Shown piece after piece: positions 38,640 to 50,765 of a DNA stretch of 64,000 bases (within the stretch, counting starts at the first letter, position 1; each line of letters opens with the position of its first letter). Under the pieces are notes generated by a model. It searched no databases, was not told the origin of the DNA, and saw only the letters and a list, made by a program, of their open reading frames with translations. Where the stretch lies: positions 161,386,001-161,450,000 of the forward strand of contig NC_042998.1 of the NCBI RefSeq assembly GCF_006345805.1, given 5' to 3'. A program made the translations under genes and the position numbers. This stretch comes from Octopus sinensis (lineage: Eukaryota).

Positions 38640-38870
38640 TCTTATTTCTCATTATCAAAGTCGACACACTGACTACCAGCATTGCGGAAAAAAGTACTCA
38701 AGGTAGATGACCACCTAGATATGCAAAGGGCACAGTTTGTTGCTGCAGTAAACACTCATCCCTACTACTCCATACGCAACCAATCCACAAATCCAAATCC
38801 CTCTATATCATGCCCAGAACATGAGTACTTCATTCTAAAATCACTGATTTACTCCTGACAAACATAATAA
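38640..38870 (+). mobile_element. Possible I-group LINE ORF2 3' fragment
   Basis: DHLDMQRAQFVAAVNTHPYYSIRNQ resembles the post-RT HL.M.G.QF......HP.H region, from recall only. Confidence 0.35.
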
Positions 38871-38912
38871 ATACACACTTACAAAAATAGCAGCAATATC
38901 AATAGCTCCATC

Positions 38913-39135
38913 TAAGGTGGTGAGCTGGCAGAAATTGTCAGCATATTTGGCTAAGTACTTAGTGGAATTTTGTCTGTCTTAACATTCAGAGTTCAAATTC
39001 TGCCATGGTTGACTTTGCCTTTATCCCTCTTGGAGTCAATAAAATAAATACCAGTTAAGCACTAGGGTTGATGTAATCAACTTATAACCTCACCCTGCTA
39101 GAATAATTAGTCTTGTTCCAAAATTTGAAATCAAT
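38913..39135 (+). mobile_element. SINE family B (older copy)
   Basis: 'aaggtggtgagctggcagaa...gagttcaaattctgcc...gactttgccttt'. Confidence 0.8.
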
Positions 39136-39294
39136 ATTAATAACTCTATAAGATGGTGAGCTGGCTGAACTGTTAGCAGTTGCAACATTACTGCATTTCT
39201 AGATAAAAATGTAGCAATAAAAAGCATGTATAGCACATTACCTTACTAAAAAAAATGCTAACAAATGCTTACATATTCCTGATAATAAAAAAAA

Positions 39295-39610
39295 AACAGT
39301 ACTCTGTCGGTTACAACATAAAGGATTCCAGTTAATCTAATCCACAGAACAGCCTGCTCATGAAATTAGTGTGCAAGTAATTGAGCACTCCACTGACACA
39401 TGTACCCTTAAGTAGTTCTCAGGGAGATTTAGCATGACATAGAATGTGGCCTTTTGAAATATAGGTACCACTCATTTTTGCCTCCTGAGTGAACTGGAGA
39501 AACATGAAATAAAGAATCTTGCTGAAAGACACAATGGCCCTGCTGGAAATTGAACTCATGACTTTATGATCATAAGCTGAAAACCATAACTACGAAGCCA
39601 TGTGCCTTCA
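39295..39610 (-). mobile_element. tRNA-derived SINE related to family C
   Basis: Shares its body and tail with 16200-16310. A tRNA-like head lies at 39540-39610. Confidence 0.65.
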
Positions 39611-41982
39611 CTATGCTTGGTGAAAGTGAATGCCCCTATATCAAAAATTAAATCTCTTCTTAGATGAGTATTTAAATTTTCATCCATTGATTAAAACTTG
39701 TATAACAAAATCATGTGTGTAAAGCAGACATTACTTAATAATGGCTGTCCTAATAGATTAGTAGACCAGCCATTCATCATCACAATAACTAATTCATACA
39801 CACTATTAGAACAGATGCATCCCCCTCTTAAACTACACAAACCACATATAGAGTACACTATAAGAATTAGATAAACTTCAGTTGTAAAATGGATAAATAT
39901 AACATTTAAAACATTTGTTAAAGAAAATGCAGTCTGTATCATAATCTCACAGAATATTTTACAATAACATCAGAAATAGAAATCTCCTTATCAACATGGG
40001 CCATAGAATATACTTTACACAACCAATATAAATAACAAATTTCTATTTAAACATATAAGTTGTAAACTTCATGACTCAAACTGTTACATATGAGTCACAA
40101 TTACAGCACTGTTTCATTTATCAGCCATACATTTACAACAGAGAACCATTGCAACTCATTATAATGCAGAACACAAAATCAAATTGGAGAGGAAAAAATT
40201 GGGGAGTCAGTTATGCAAAAATTGAAAACAACTTTAGTAGTTTTACTAGTAGCAATGTACAAGCTTAAATTAAACAAGCAAAATATATCACACATCAAAA
40301 ATATGTGATGATATCATGGAATCCAGCAGGATTTATTGCTAGAAACTTTTAATTTGGGACTTGGCACAAGATTTGCAGATTGTGTGCCATAACAACAGTT
40401 TGCTTTGAAAATGTGATTATGAATGTCTTAAAACGCCAGACAAATGGATGTAGAAACATAAAGGGTTAATAAAGAAATATAGAAAGTCATAAATATAAAA
40501 AGATATAACTTGAATATAGTCATGTTTTTAAAACAATATGTTTGCAAGAAAAGCTGTTTCCTATTTACAGAAATAATACACATGCGTTTGTATATATGCA
40601 TATACCTGTGCGTATGTATGTGTGTGTGTATGTATGTATGTATGTATGTATGTATGCATGTATGTATATATGTATGTACATATGTACGTATGTATGATTG
40701 TATGTATGTTTGTATGTATGTATCTATCTACCTCCCTGTGTGTGTGTGTATATCTATGCTTCATGTGTGTTATTAGAAACTAGAGGGGGAGGGAGAGACA
40801 GGGCGAGAGAGAGAGAGAGAGAAGGGAGAGGACAGCAGAGAGAATACATTTATAAGAACATTATTTCTGAAACCCTGGTGTGTTTATGTGTATTTGACGT
40901 TCTGTTTGATGGTTTACGATATATTAACCTAAGTTATTCTATATGCTGAACTGAGAGTTTGGTGTCAAACAAAAGGACAAATTGTATCAATCTATTTATG
41001 TGAGCAATTTATTTATTTATTTCTTCATTCTCAATAGAATCCTGTCTCAGCAAATTTGTCTTCACAACATTTTACAAGATAGCTATAAAGTTCTAAACTG
41101 TTGTTTAGTTTCTTTTTCTTGTTTTTACTATTTCATCATTTCTTATTTTCTTTCGTTTTTCTCTTCATTCTTCCTCTGCTTCTTTCTTTTTCTTTTGTTT
41201 TCATTTCTCTGTCATTTATTTTAGTTCATTAAGTACAAAGCACATATTTAGATGACAGCATGTATTCTTTGTTTTAGATTTTTCTTATTTACATGTTTCC
41301 ACCTCATTAAGAGAAGGGATGAAAAAAAAAAGGTGACATCTTGAAAACTGAAATATTATCACTAGTGTTGTTATTTATGTTATTTTTTATGGTTTCTGAG
41401 ATGAATCTGTTGAAAATTTTGAAGATGTTTGGAATACAAATGTAAAATTAAGTCAACTGTTGGTGTTTGACTATAAATCAGTAAATATATATACGTTTTT
41501 TTATTCAGTATTTTATTATTTTATTTACAATCATTTAATCATTTTATTGAGTATTCTTTTTTTAAAGTAAAATCTTACTGTAATTAAGTTATTTTTATCA
41601 AATCTACAGTTAACTGTTTGTAATTAAAGGGACCTATTTCTTATTGTAATGTCTATGTGTTTATTGATTTCTTATTTCTATTGTGGAAACTCCCTCTGAG
41701 CTGTCTTCATTGTAGGGGTTTTCCTCAAATCTAAAACCCTATGAATAAGAGAACACAGATTTCTGTCTAACAAATACTTCAGGATTTAACATTCATTACA
41801 GATGTCTAAATTCATCTATAGTTTCTAAAGGTAGGCGTTTGGCTGCAGTTTCTGTCAGATCTAGTGACCACATAGATGTGGTAACCTCTTGGGCTATCAC
41901 TTACATTGTGAACTCATTCAAACTGTATGCTGATGGCATGAGAAAACTAAAAGGATTATCTTCACATTAAGGAATGGAACAT

Positions 41983-42230
41983 ACAATGTCCTGTAATTCA
42001 AACCTCATGGTCCCAGCAGACAAAATAGAAAAGTTGTTGTCCCAGAGTATGGTGAGGAAGATGCTCTGGAATGGCCACTCCAGCTCATGGAGCTTGCCCT
42101 TGCGAACAGCCATCTCCATCCCAATAGTGGTGAGCAGGGATATGGCCTAAGGGCTGAGAGCATTGGAGGTCTCCACTGCCACAGGCTTGGCCATAAACCT
42201 GTCAGAGAGCGATCAATACTTTAACTCCCA
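41983..42230 (-). mobile_element. CRE-like (restriction-like endonuclease) non-LTR retrotransposon 3' fragment
   Basis: SDRFMAKPVAVETSNALSP*AISLLTTIGMEMAVRKGKLHELEWPFQSIFLTILWDNNFSILSAG matches the PVAVET.G..G..A..LL..IG......W.FQRIS.A..RGNA.SIL pattern. Confidence 0.55.
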
Positions 42231-42346
42231 TCAATTTTTCTGTTGCTATTTCATCTCCTCATGATTATATAGCTTTCAAATCAGCCATTGCTTTCCCACT
42301 GCTGAACAAAGGCTATCTTGGTTTTCTTTCAGCTTCCAATAAGCTC

Positions 42347-42785
42347 AAGCATGGCCACATGATTAAGAAGCTCACATTTTGGAGTCAGTCCCACTGTGTG
42401 GCACCTTGGGCAAGTGTTTTGTTCCATAGCCTCAGATTGAACTATGCATTGTGAGTAAATTTGGTAGATGGAAACTATATGGAAGGCAGTTATGTGTGTG
42501 TATGTGTGTGTGCACGTATGTGTGTGTGTGTGTTGTGTGTGTGTGTGGTGTGTGTGTGTGTGTGTGTGTGTGCATGCACGTGTGTCTCAGTGTTTGTCAT
42601 CACTTGACAACTGGTGCTGGTTTGTTTATGGCTCCATAACATAGTAGTTCAGCAGAAGATACTGATAGAATAATTACCAGACTTTAAAAAATAAATACTG
42701 GGGCAATTCCTATGACTAAATTTTTCAAGGTAGTGTTCCAGTATGATCGAAATCCAATGTCTGAAACAGGTAAAAGATGAAGAGA
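42347..42785 (+). mobile_element. SINE family A
   Basis: Collinear with the other copies. Confidence 0.75.
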
Positions 42786-43080
42786 TAACAGTAATTTTTG
42801 TCATATCTATCCAATTCATTCTTTTGTCTCCTACATGATCACCTGGAATCCAGTCTGTCACCTTTCCTATCCACTTATCACCACTCATCCAGTGAATGTG
42901 TTCAGCCCAATTTTATTTCAGTTGTTTTATAAATGTGAAAATGTCATTTAGTGTTGTTTCTTTGTTGTTCCATTGTGTTGCTTTTTGGCCCTTCACTTTA
43001 TTCTAAGTTTTATGCATTCATGAGCATAGCTAGTTTATTAACTTTTATAAGAAAAGGTTTATTTCAGTTCTATATTTAAG

Positions 43081-43280
43081 AGACGAGGAATTATGTACAT
43101 TGTTTACATTATTTACATTTGACGGATATTTGTCTTCCTCTTGTTTGTTGTTAACACAATGTTTTGGCTGATTTACCCTCTCCAGTTTTTATCAGATGTC
43201 TTGGGGAAATTTCAAACTTGGGTTCTTATTTCTAAGGTATTTTTTGATGTTATTATTATTATTATTATTATGATCATTAC

Positions 43281-43311
<31 letters not shown>

Positions 43312-43385
43312 TAGGTTACGGCCTGGAATTGGACTCGGAATCTTGGAGTTAGTAACCTGCGCTCTTAACCACTAAGCCATATACC
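43081..43385 (-). mobile_element. tRNA-headed element with an (AAT)n linker and a decayed hammerhead motif
   Basis: On the sense strand: A box TGGCTTAGTGG (43369-79), B-box-like GAGTCCAATTCC, (AAT)n, hammerhead-like fold at 43153-43200, and a tail of three 9-bp AATGTA(A/C)A(T/C) repeats. Confidence 0.7.
43153..43200 (-). ncRNA. Degenerate minimal type I hammerhead motif (probably inactive in this copy)
   Basis: GACAT-CTGATAA-A-AACTG-loop12-CAGCC-AAAA-CAT-T-GTGTT. Five G>A changes separate it from a canonical CTGATGA/GGCTG:CAGCC/GAAA/CGTT fold. Confidence 0.5.
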
Positions 43386-43716
43386 TGTGAGCACCTGGCG
43401 TAGGTTTATTTATTGTATTAAGAAAAGCAATAAAGAGAATTGCACCCCTTACTCACTGATATCTATCTAGAAAGTTCTTATTTTTTCTTAAAGTGAACTT
43501 TTTTGGAAGAACTACTGTTAATGTAATACAACAACAATGATTCTCAAGGAATATGTAAGATTACTACAGCCAAAAGTAAATAAGTCTTTATCTTAGCGAT
43601 TACAGTAAAAAGTATACTAAGGGAATATGAGAGATAACATTTACACTTGATATTCTATACCTATAGCTACACACACACACACACAGAAATACCAATTTCT
43701 AACTATGGTGGGAACC

Positions 43717-43938
43717 TGTGGAGGAGCCAGATCCTGGAAGATGTGGTGACACATAAAAGGCATCCATGCTGGTGACATGTAAAAGGTACCCAGTACACTC
43801 CGTGTAGTTCTTGGCATTAGGAAGAGTATCCAGGTGTAGAAACCAAGCCAAAACAGACTGGAATCTGGTGCAGCTCTCCAACTGAACAGTTCCAATCAAA
43901 CCATCTTACTAATGCCAGCATGGAAAACAGACATTAAG

Positions 43939-43975
<37 letters not shown>
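43717..43975 (+). mobile_element. SINE family D
   Basis: 'ggcattaggaagagtatccagg...gccagcatggaaaacagacattaagt' followed by (GAT)n. Confidence 0.7.
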
Positions 43976-43976
<1 letters not shown>

Positions 43977-45709
43977 TATATCTCATATTTCAGAAAATAA
44001 AGGATTAAACTATATTTACATATTTAAAAACATTTTGCTCTAATCCTTTTAAACTAAAAACAAATTTATAATAAAGTTATATAATTCAGGTATATTTTTA
44101 TTTATTTATATGCTTATTTAATTAATTTGTCCACTTTTTTTTTGTTTTTGCTTTTTTGAAATTGTATTATTTAGTATTGCAATATCCAAAGTGTCCTTTC
44201 TTTCTAAGAATGGCAAGGTGTGCTTTAAGGGAGATTTAGCAGCTATTTCATGCAGGCCGAGTAACTATTGGAACCTGTTTTAATACAGTATAATTCTTCT
44301 GATAATCAATCAACAAATATCATATGCAGAATTTAGTTTGTAAATTTTTCTTCTCATGTTTTGTTATATAAAAGTATTTGTGTCCATATGCAACAGATGA
44401 TTAAATATGAAATACAGTGTTCAATACTTCAAAACGGATTGACACTAAATGATTAAACAAAGGAGACTATTACAACTTTTAACTATTTTTCATTAATAAT
44501 TCAAAAATAATAATATTTTATAATATCTCATAAATGCTTCAACAAAATTTATTTGTGCTTAACCCTTGTTTTCAAAGACAAATTATAAATAGTCATATAT
44601 GCATGAGTGATACTATTTTTGTGAATATAGTCAAAACATTTTTCACTCTTTGAAAGAGAAAAATAAAGCAACATGCAAAATAGATATACTCAAAAAACAT
44701 CTCTGCCATAAAATGGTTCCATTGTTGCTGTTTTTTATTCTTAGACCCTAATACTTTTTTTTTATTTTGCAAAACAGGTTTAAGAATTTGCTATATTCAA
44801 ATATGATAACCATTAACTGCTATTAAAGAAATCACTTAGACTATCTTGGGATGTTTTGAATTAATATTAAATGTATCTTCATTTTTTTTCTTCTTTTTAG
44901 ACTGCTACTGCTTCTAACATTTTATAAAATAATGTCCTGTTTTTGATTTGTATTGAAATACGAAAAGAACTTGCCTGGCAGCGTATTTCATAGACTTGTT
45001 TAGCGTTTATATGCACATTTATGAATGAAACACTATAAGCCCCTACGGTAGATACATTAAAGATTGGACCATTTTCTGTATGGATGCTAGTTTACACCTC
45101 ACTGATGTTTATATCTGTTCTCTTCACAATTGCTCTGTCATATCCATATTGAATAGCAGTATTTCAGTAAAATAGTATCATGGGAGTACTTTTCTTTTTT
45201 TCTTTCTAAGCTTAAGAATAAATATTTGACTTCAAGGTAAACTTCTATTACTTTCATGGCAATAAAAGATCACATGTCATGTTTCTGTGGGAATATTTTA
45301 TTGAAAAGATTATACATAAATATTTCTTATTAATTTTCTTTTTATTTTTTGTGGACAGTATCAATTTGTTATAGGAACATGCGAATATAGAAATCTGTGG
45401 TTTTCTACTATGTACCAAATAACTTAAGTTAACCTTCTTAGATGTAGCTTTATCACAAGAAAATTATGGTGAAATGGTGCGAAGAACTTCCTATTACATT
45501 TTCTCATGTTATTTCCATTAAATTATTTTGAATCTAAAACTGTTAATGTTATGATTAAATTATTCTGTTCAATATTTAGTTAATGCTATAACTACAAAGT
45601 AAATACTTTTGGAGAGAGAGTATCCATATATCCATAAATCCAGAGTATCTCTATGTCATAATAAATCTAATCCTGCGATATGCTAAATGAAATTATCATA
45701 TGTCATATA

Positions 45710-45796
45710 ACTTTATATTCTATTCACTTTCTTGGGGTACAAGAAGATATTAATAAATGCTATTGTTGCTTAGCAAAAAAATATCGTCCTGATGTT
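45710..45796 (+). pseudogene. Possible decayed DnaJ J-domain fragment
   Basis: TLYSIHFLGVQEDINKCYCCLAKKYRPDV resembles Y.ILGV...S.EDIKKAYRRLAKKYHPD. The CC codons (tgt tgc) are one CpG transition each from RR (cgt cgc). Confidence 0.35.
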
Positions 45797-45962
45797 CAAA
45801 ATCAAACAATGATGAGATTTTTCCTTGATGGGATTATTCTCAAAATTATGGTATTTATTCAGATTATTAAAACAAGTATTTCCAAATTTGATTCACTGAA
45901 ATATTCATTTGTAATATGTGTATTACAAAACCTATGTGTTATAACCAAGGTACCACATAAGA

Positions 45963-46200
45963 AGCATTGGTGTGACAGCCAGTGTCATGTAAAAAGCAAT
46001 GGAGATGATGCCATGTAAAAAGCACCTAGTACTTTCTGTAGAGTGGTTGGCGTTAGGAAGGGTATCCAGCCATAGAAACCAAACCAAAACAGACTATGGT
46101 ACCTAGTGCAATCCTTGACCTTGTCAGTTCCTGTCCAGCCGTCCTACCCATGCCTGCATGTGAAATGGAGATTAAATGTCGATGATGATGATGATGATAT
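45963..46200 (+). mobile_element. SINE family D
   Basis: 'gagtggttggcgttaggaagggtatccagcc' through to a (GAT)n tail. A second degraded copy follows at about 46480-46680. Confidence 0.7.
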
Positions 46201-47319
46201 ATGATGCCTGAATCCTTTCAGGGAAGGAGAAACAGAGAATTAAAATATTCATGGCTTTTCTAAGGAATTAATGGCATATGTAAATGGGGAAAACTTTCCC
46301 TAAGAATCCAAATGAAACTGTCCTCCTTGCTACTTTTATTACTTTCCAGCTTCACCTGATCACTTCCACTCTCTCTCTACAGCAAGAAACTTGTACTATC
46401 CTGGCCCTTTTTCTTCATACTTTACCCTTCTTCATTCCTTATCTCCTAGCGTATTTGTAGCTTGCAAGCTGCATAGTGACTTCACAAGTGCTGATGACGT
46501 GAAAAAAGCACACAGTACATGCTGTAAAGTCACTGAAATTAGGAAGGGCATCTAGCCATAAAAAAAGTAGACACTTGAGCACAATGCAGTGCTTGGACCA
46601 ACTGAATTCTGTCAAACCATCCTGCCCATGCCAGCATTGAACATGGATGTTAAATTATGACAACAATGATGATGTATATGTATCACTTCTCACCACCACC
46701 ACCACAGTCGTCGTCGTCGTCGTCATCAACACCATCATTCCAAATGTCTACATCTCTAAGCTTGTATGGGTCAGCTGGAATTCATTGAGGAAGATTTTTT
46801 ATTGCTGGATGCCCCTTTCTGTTGTGAAGCAAAGTATTTTTCATCTCATAGTTTGCACATGTTTCTATGAAAGATTGGAAATGAATAACAATACTTGTTT
46901 GTATAGCGATGCTTGTTAGCAACTATTGTGTGACATCAAGTGAAAGAAATACAAACACACACAGACACACACACATACAATAGGCTTCTTCCATTTTCCA
47001 TATACTAAATCTGTTCATGAGACTTTAGTTGATCATGGGCTATCATAGTAAACACTTGCCCAAGGTGTGATTCAGTGTGACTTCAACCCAAACTATGCAG
47101 TTGGGAACTAACTCTTCCAAATCAAATACATTGATAAATCATAACCATACAGTAGTTAACTTGGATGATCTCAAATAAATGTAACCTTTTATAAATCAAC
47201 CACTAATGACGTAGATAAACCCTTAGAAACAACCAAAACCCCTTCCTCAAAAACAAAACTCTACATAAAAAAAACCTTGTAAACAAAATATTTCCATAGT
47301 CAACCATAAATAATAATCT

Positions 47320-47525
47320 TTTCTACTCTAGGTAGAAATTTTTGGGTAGGAGGACCAATCGATTAGATCAACCTAAGTACACAACTAGTACTTAATTTAT
47401 CGATCCTGAAAGGATGAGAGGCAAAGTCGATCTTGGCGAAATTTGAACTCAGAATGTAAAGACAGAAGAAATACCACTAAGCATTTCGCCCGGTGTGCTA
47501 ATGTTTCTGCCAGCTCACCACCTTA
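47320..47525 (-). mobile_element. SINE family B
   Basis: 'ttttctactctagg...aaaggatgagaggcaaagtcga...ctgccagctcaccacctt'. Confidence 0.8.
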
Positions 47526-47691
47526 GTCATAAATAATACTACAATACCAATCATCCCATGCTCAACGTTAAACCCAGAAACCAATGCTGACTCCCACTCA
47601 TCAAAATCAAAAGGTGCCCGATGAGTCTCTGTAATGCTAGAAACAACTCACATTGTAAACGTAAGAATATTCATAAAAAAGATCCATCAAA

Positions 47692-48110
47692 CAGGCGTGG
47701 CTGTGTGGTAAGAAGTTTGCTTCCTAAGCACATGGTGTGAGTTTAGTCCTGCAGTGTGACACTTTGGGCAAGTGTCTTCTACTATAGCCTCAAGCTGACC
47801 AAAGCCTTGTGAGTGGATTTGGTAGCTGGAAACTGAAAGAAGCCCATCGTATATATGTATATATATCCATGTGTGTATGTGTTCATTCCCCACCAGCACT
47901 TGACAACCGGTGTTGGTGTATTGACATCCTTGTAACTTTGCAGTTCAACAAAAGAGACTAATAGAATGAGTACTAGACTTTAAAAAAAAATGTACTGGGA
48001 TAGTTTTGTTTAACTAAAACCCTTCAAGGCAGTGCCCCAGCATGGCTGCAGTCTAATGACTGAAACAAATAAGAGATAAAAATGACTGAAACAAATAAGA
48101 GATAAAAGAA
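47692..48110 (+). mobile_element. Full-length SINE family A
   Basis: Collinear with the other copies. The terminal 26 bp 'aatgactgaaacaaataagagataaa' is tandemly duplicated. Confidence 0.85.
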
Positions 48111-48255
48111 AATATATTGATATTTCAATATTCTTCTTAACCAAACATCCATTTATGATATTTATTATGTAAAAAAAAACTAGACTATTTTCTCTTCAAC
48201 ATAATCTATATAATATTTCAACATGCTCTCTTATTAGTTTACCCTTCAGTCTCAC

Positions 48256-48680
48256 CATCATCATCATCGTTTAATGTCCGTTTTCCATGCTACCATGGGT
48301 TGGACGGTTCGACTGGGGTCTGGGAAGCCAGGCAGTTGCACCAGGCTCCAGTCTGGTCTGGCAGTGTTTCTACAGCTGGATGCCCTTCCTAACGTGAGTG
48401 TAGTGGGTGCGTTTTATGTGCCACTAGCATAGGGGGCCAGAGGAAGCTGGTAACAGCCACTAACTGTTGGTGCTTTTTACGTGCCACCGGCACAGAAGCC
48501 ACTCAAGGTGGGGCTGGCATCAGCCATGTTCGGATAGTGCTTTTTACGTGCCACTGGCACAACTACAATTTCCATTTGATTTTCATTTTGATGTTGATGT
48601 TGATGTACTTGACTCAATAGGTCTCCCCAAGCACAGCAGGTCGCCCTATGATCCAAGGTACTTTTGAATGGGCTGGGGCT
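48256..48680 (-). mobile_element. Long family D-related element with three internal modules
   Basis: Family D tail in reverse, followed by three 'gtgc(g/t)tttta(t/c)gtgccac' modules at about 48407, 48471 and 48537. Confidence 0.65.
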
Positions 48681-49859
48681 GGTTTTGTGGTGTAGAAGGT
48701 TGTGTAATTTTTTTAATGCAAATGTAACAAAGCAAAACAAAATCCCCCCCCCCAACCAAATGAAGAGGAAACCTTTTTAGAATTATTTCATTATTCACAG
48801 AAAAGATCTATAGATGTTAGCAGACTACGTATGATGACATTCTTAAAACTATTTCGCTTCCTTTCAGCTGTCATGTGTATTGTAGTCTCCTGAGTTGTTA
48901 AATATTCCCATTTTCATTTTAAGTACATATTATTGATTGCATTAAATTGTAAAAATCAAAAGAATAATGTCTTTGATATGGGATTCAATTCCTAACCATT
49001 ATCTGTACTGTGACAAAAATTTGTTTTGATGGCTCTGATATTGATGTTTTTTTTTTTTCAGTTCATATTTATTTATTTCTTTTTCTTCATTTCAGAAAGG
49101 TGTAATTTAGCACCAGAATATGAGAATAGCCAAATTAGGTATAATTGATTGCTTAAGTTAGATATTTGTAAGCTCATAAGTATGTGGTAATAATTATTGC
49201 TTTTTATAGCAAACTATAGTTTGACAACTTATAATGACAGTTCCAGTCATGCCTATCAGAAATTAGAATCCTGTCCAATGTTGTAATTTTTTTATGGTTA
49301 ATTTGATGATAGTTTATTATTTTTAAGTGTTTATTATAATTTTTGATTAGACTAGACTCATGAGTTTTATACTCATGACAAACTCTATCAGATAAAATGG
49401 CGTTTTATCTGAAATTACAAAATAAATTAAATACCATGTTTATGCTTTACTCATAATACATAAGTACCTTGGTTTAACAACCAAAGGATTTTTAATGTAT
49501 TTGGAAAAAATTAAACTAAATAATAATATATTTTAATGTGCATGGTGAACAGTGAGAATTAAAATGATGATCGGTGTATTCAATCTTAATATGTTCTGGC
49601 AGATTTGAGACTAAATATGCTAATCATTGTTGTTTCATCGGAGAACAACTGCTCTCTTCAGATTAATCTGTGTTCATAACACACTTGAGACACCCAGTGT
49701 TTCAACATTACTGTATCTCATCAGCCAAAGGCACTCTGGACTAATGAATCTAACAAGAGTTTGTGGTTCTTGTTTATAACTACAGCAAAGAATCATGTGA
49801 TACCTGCCAATGACAATAAATCATCATATGCACAGGGAACAGCAAAACTCAAAACAACT

Positions 49860-49891
<32 letters not shown>

Positions 49892-50231
49892 TATCATCAC
49901 CACCACCACCACCACCACCACCACCACCACCACTACCACCACCATCATCATCAGTGGCAGAGGCAGAGGTGATGGCGGTGGTGGCCTTGGTGGCAGCATT
50001 GTTATTATTGTCATCAAAATTTTTTTTCCATGCTAGCTTCACTAGTCAGGGTCTGCAGTGCAACTTGCATTTGTAAGTCTCTGCTCTTTTGTTATGACTG
50101 ATGTTACCAGGTCTGCATTAGCAACCTTTTACTATGATTCCCCACTTGCAGTCTCTCTCATCGTAAATTCAATACACCTTCCACTCAGCACACATCATTC
50201 ATTGTCAACAAAATTTACTTAAAGGAAACAC

Positions 50232-50369
50232 CATTCAGTACATCCATACACATGTCATTTAGTGCATCCATAACACATGTCATTCAATACAGCCATACAT
50301 ATGTCATTCAGTACATCCATACATATGTCATTCAGTGCATCCATACTTATGTCTGTCAGTACATTCATA
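50232..50369. repeat. 24-bp minisatellite, about 5.5 units
   Basis: Units of 'cattcagtacatccatacatatgt' start at 50232, 50256, 50281, 50305, 50329 and 50353. Confidence 0.9.
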
Positions 50370-50564
50370 AACATATCCCTCAGAACTTTCAAACACACTT
50401 TATGTACATAATTCATTTACTAGTCCTATTAAGAAAGGGGTCAAGTTTTTAATTATCATAATCATATAACATACATCAGGCTGCAAAATCTCTTGCTAAT
50501 AGTCTGACGTAATGTAATGTATTAGATCAAGCAATTATGTTTCATGGTAGAATTAGAACTTAGT

Positions 50565-50765
50565 TATTGATGATTAACTCCAAATCAGCCCAAACTAAAC
50601 TAACCTTTAATCAAAGATTCACCAACCATATCTCTCTGTCTGTTTTACAGACTTAATATAGCCACACAACATTATTCAATATGTTGTTTAAAAAGATGTG
50701 TGGGTAAGGTTTGAAGGAGATCTGGCTATTATTTCTAGCAGGTTGGGCAACCATGTTGTTGGTTT
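50565..50765 (-). mobile_element. Degraded copy of a further short interspersed family (E)
   Basis: 'tttgaaggagatctggctattatttctagcagg' is related to 16455-16650 (+), 41810-41890, 44215-44280 and 60040-60115. Confidence 0.5.
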
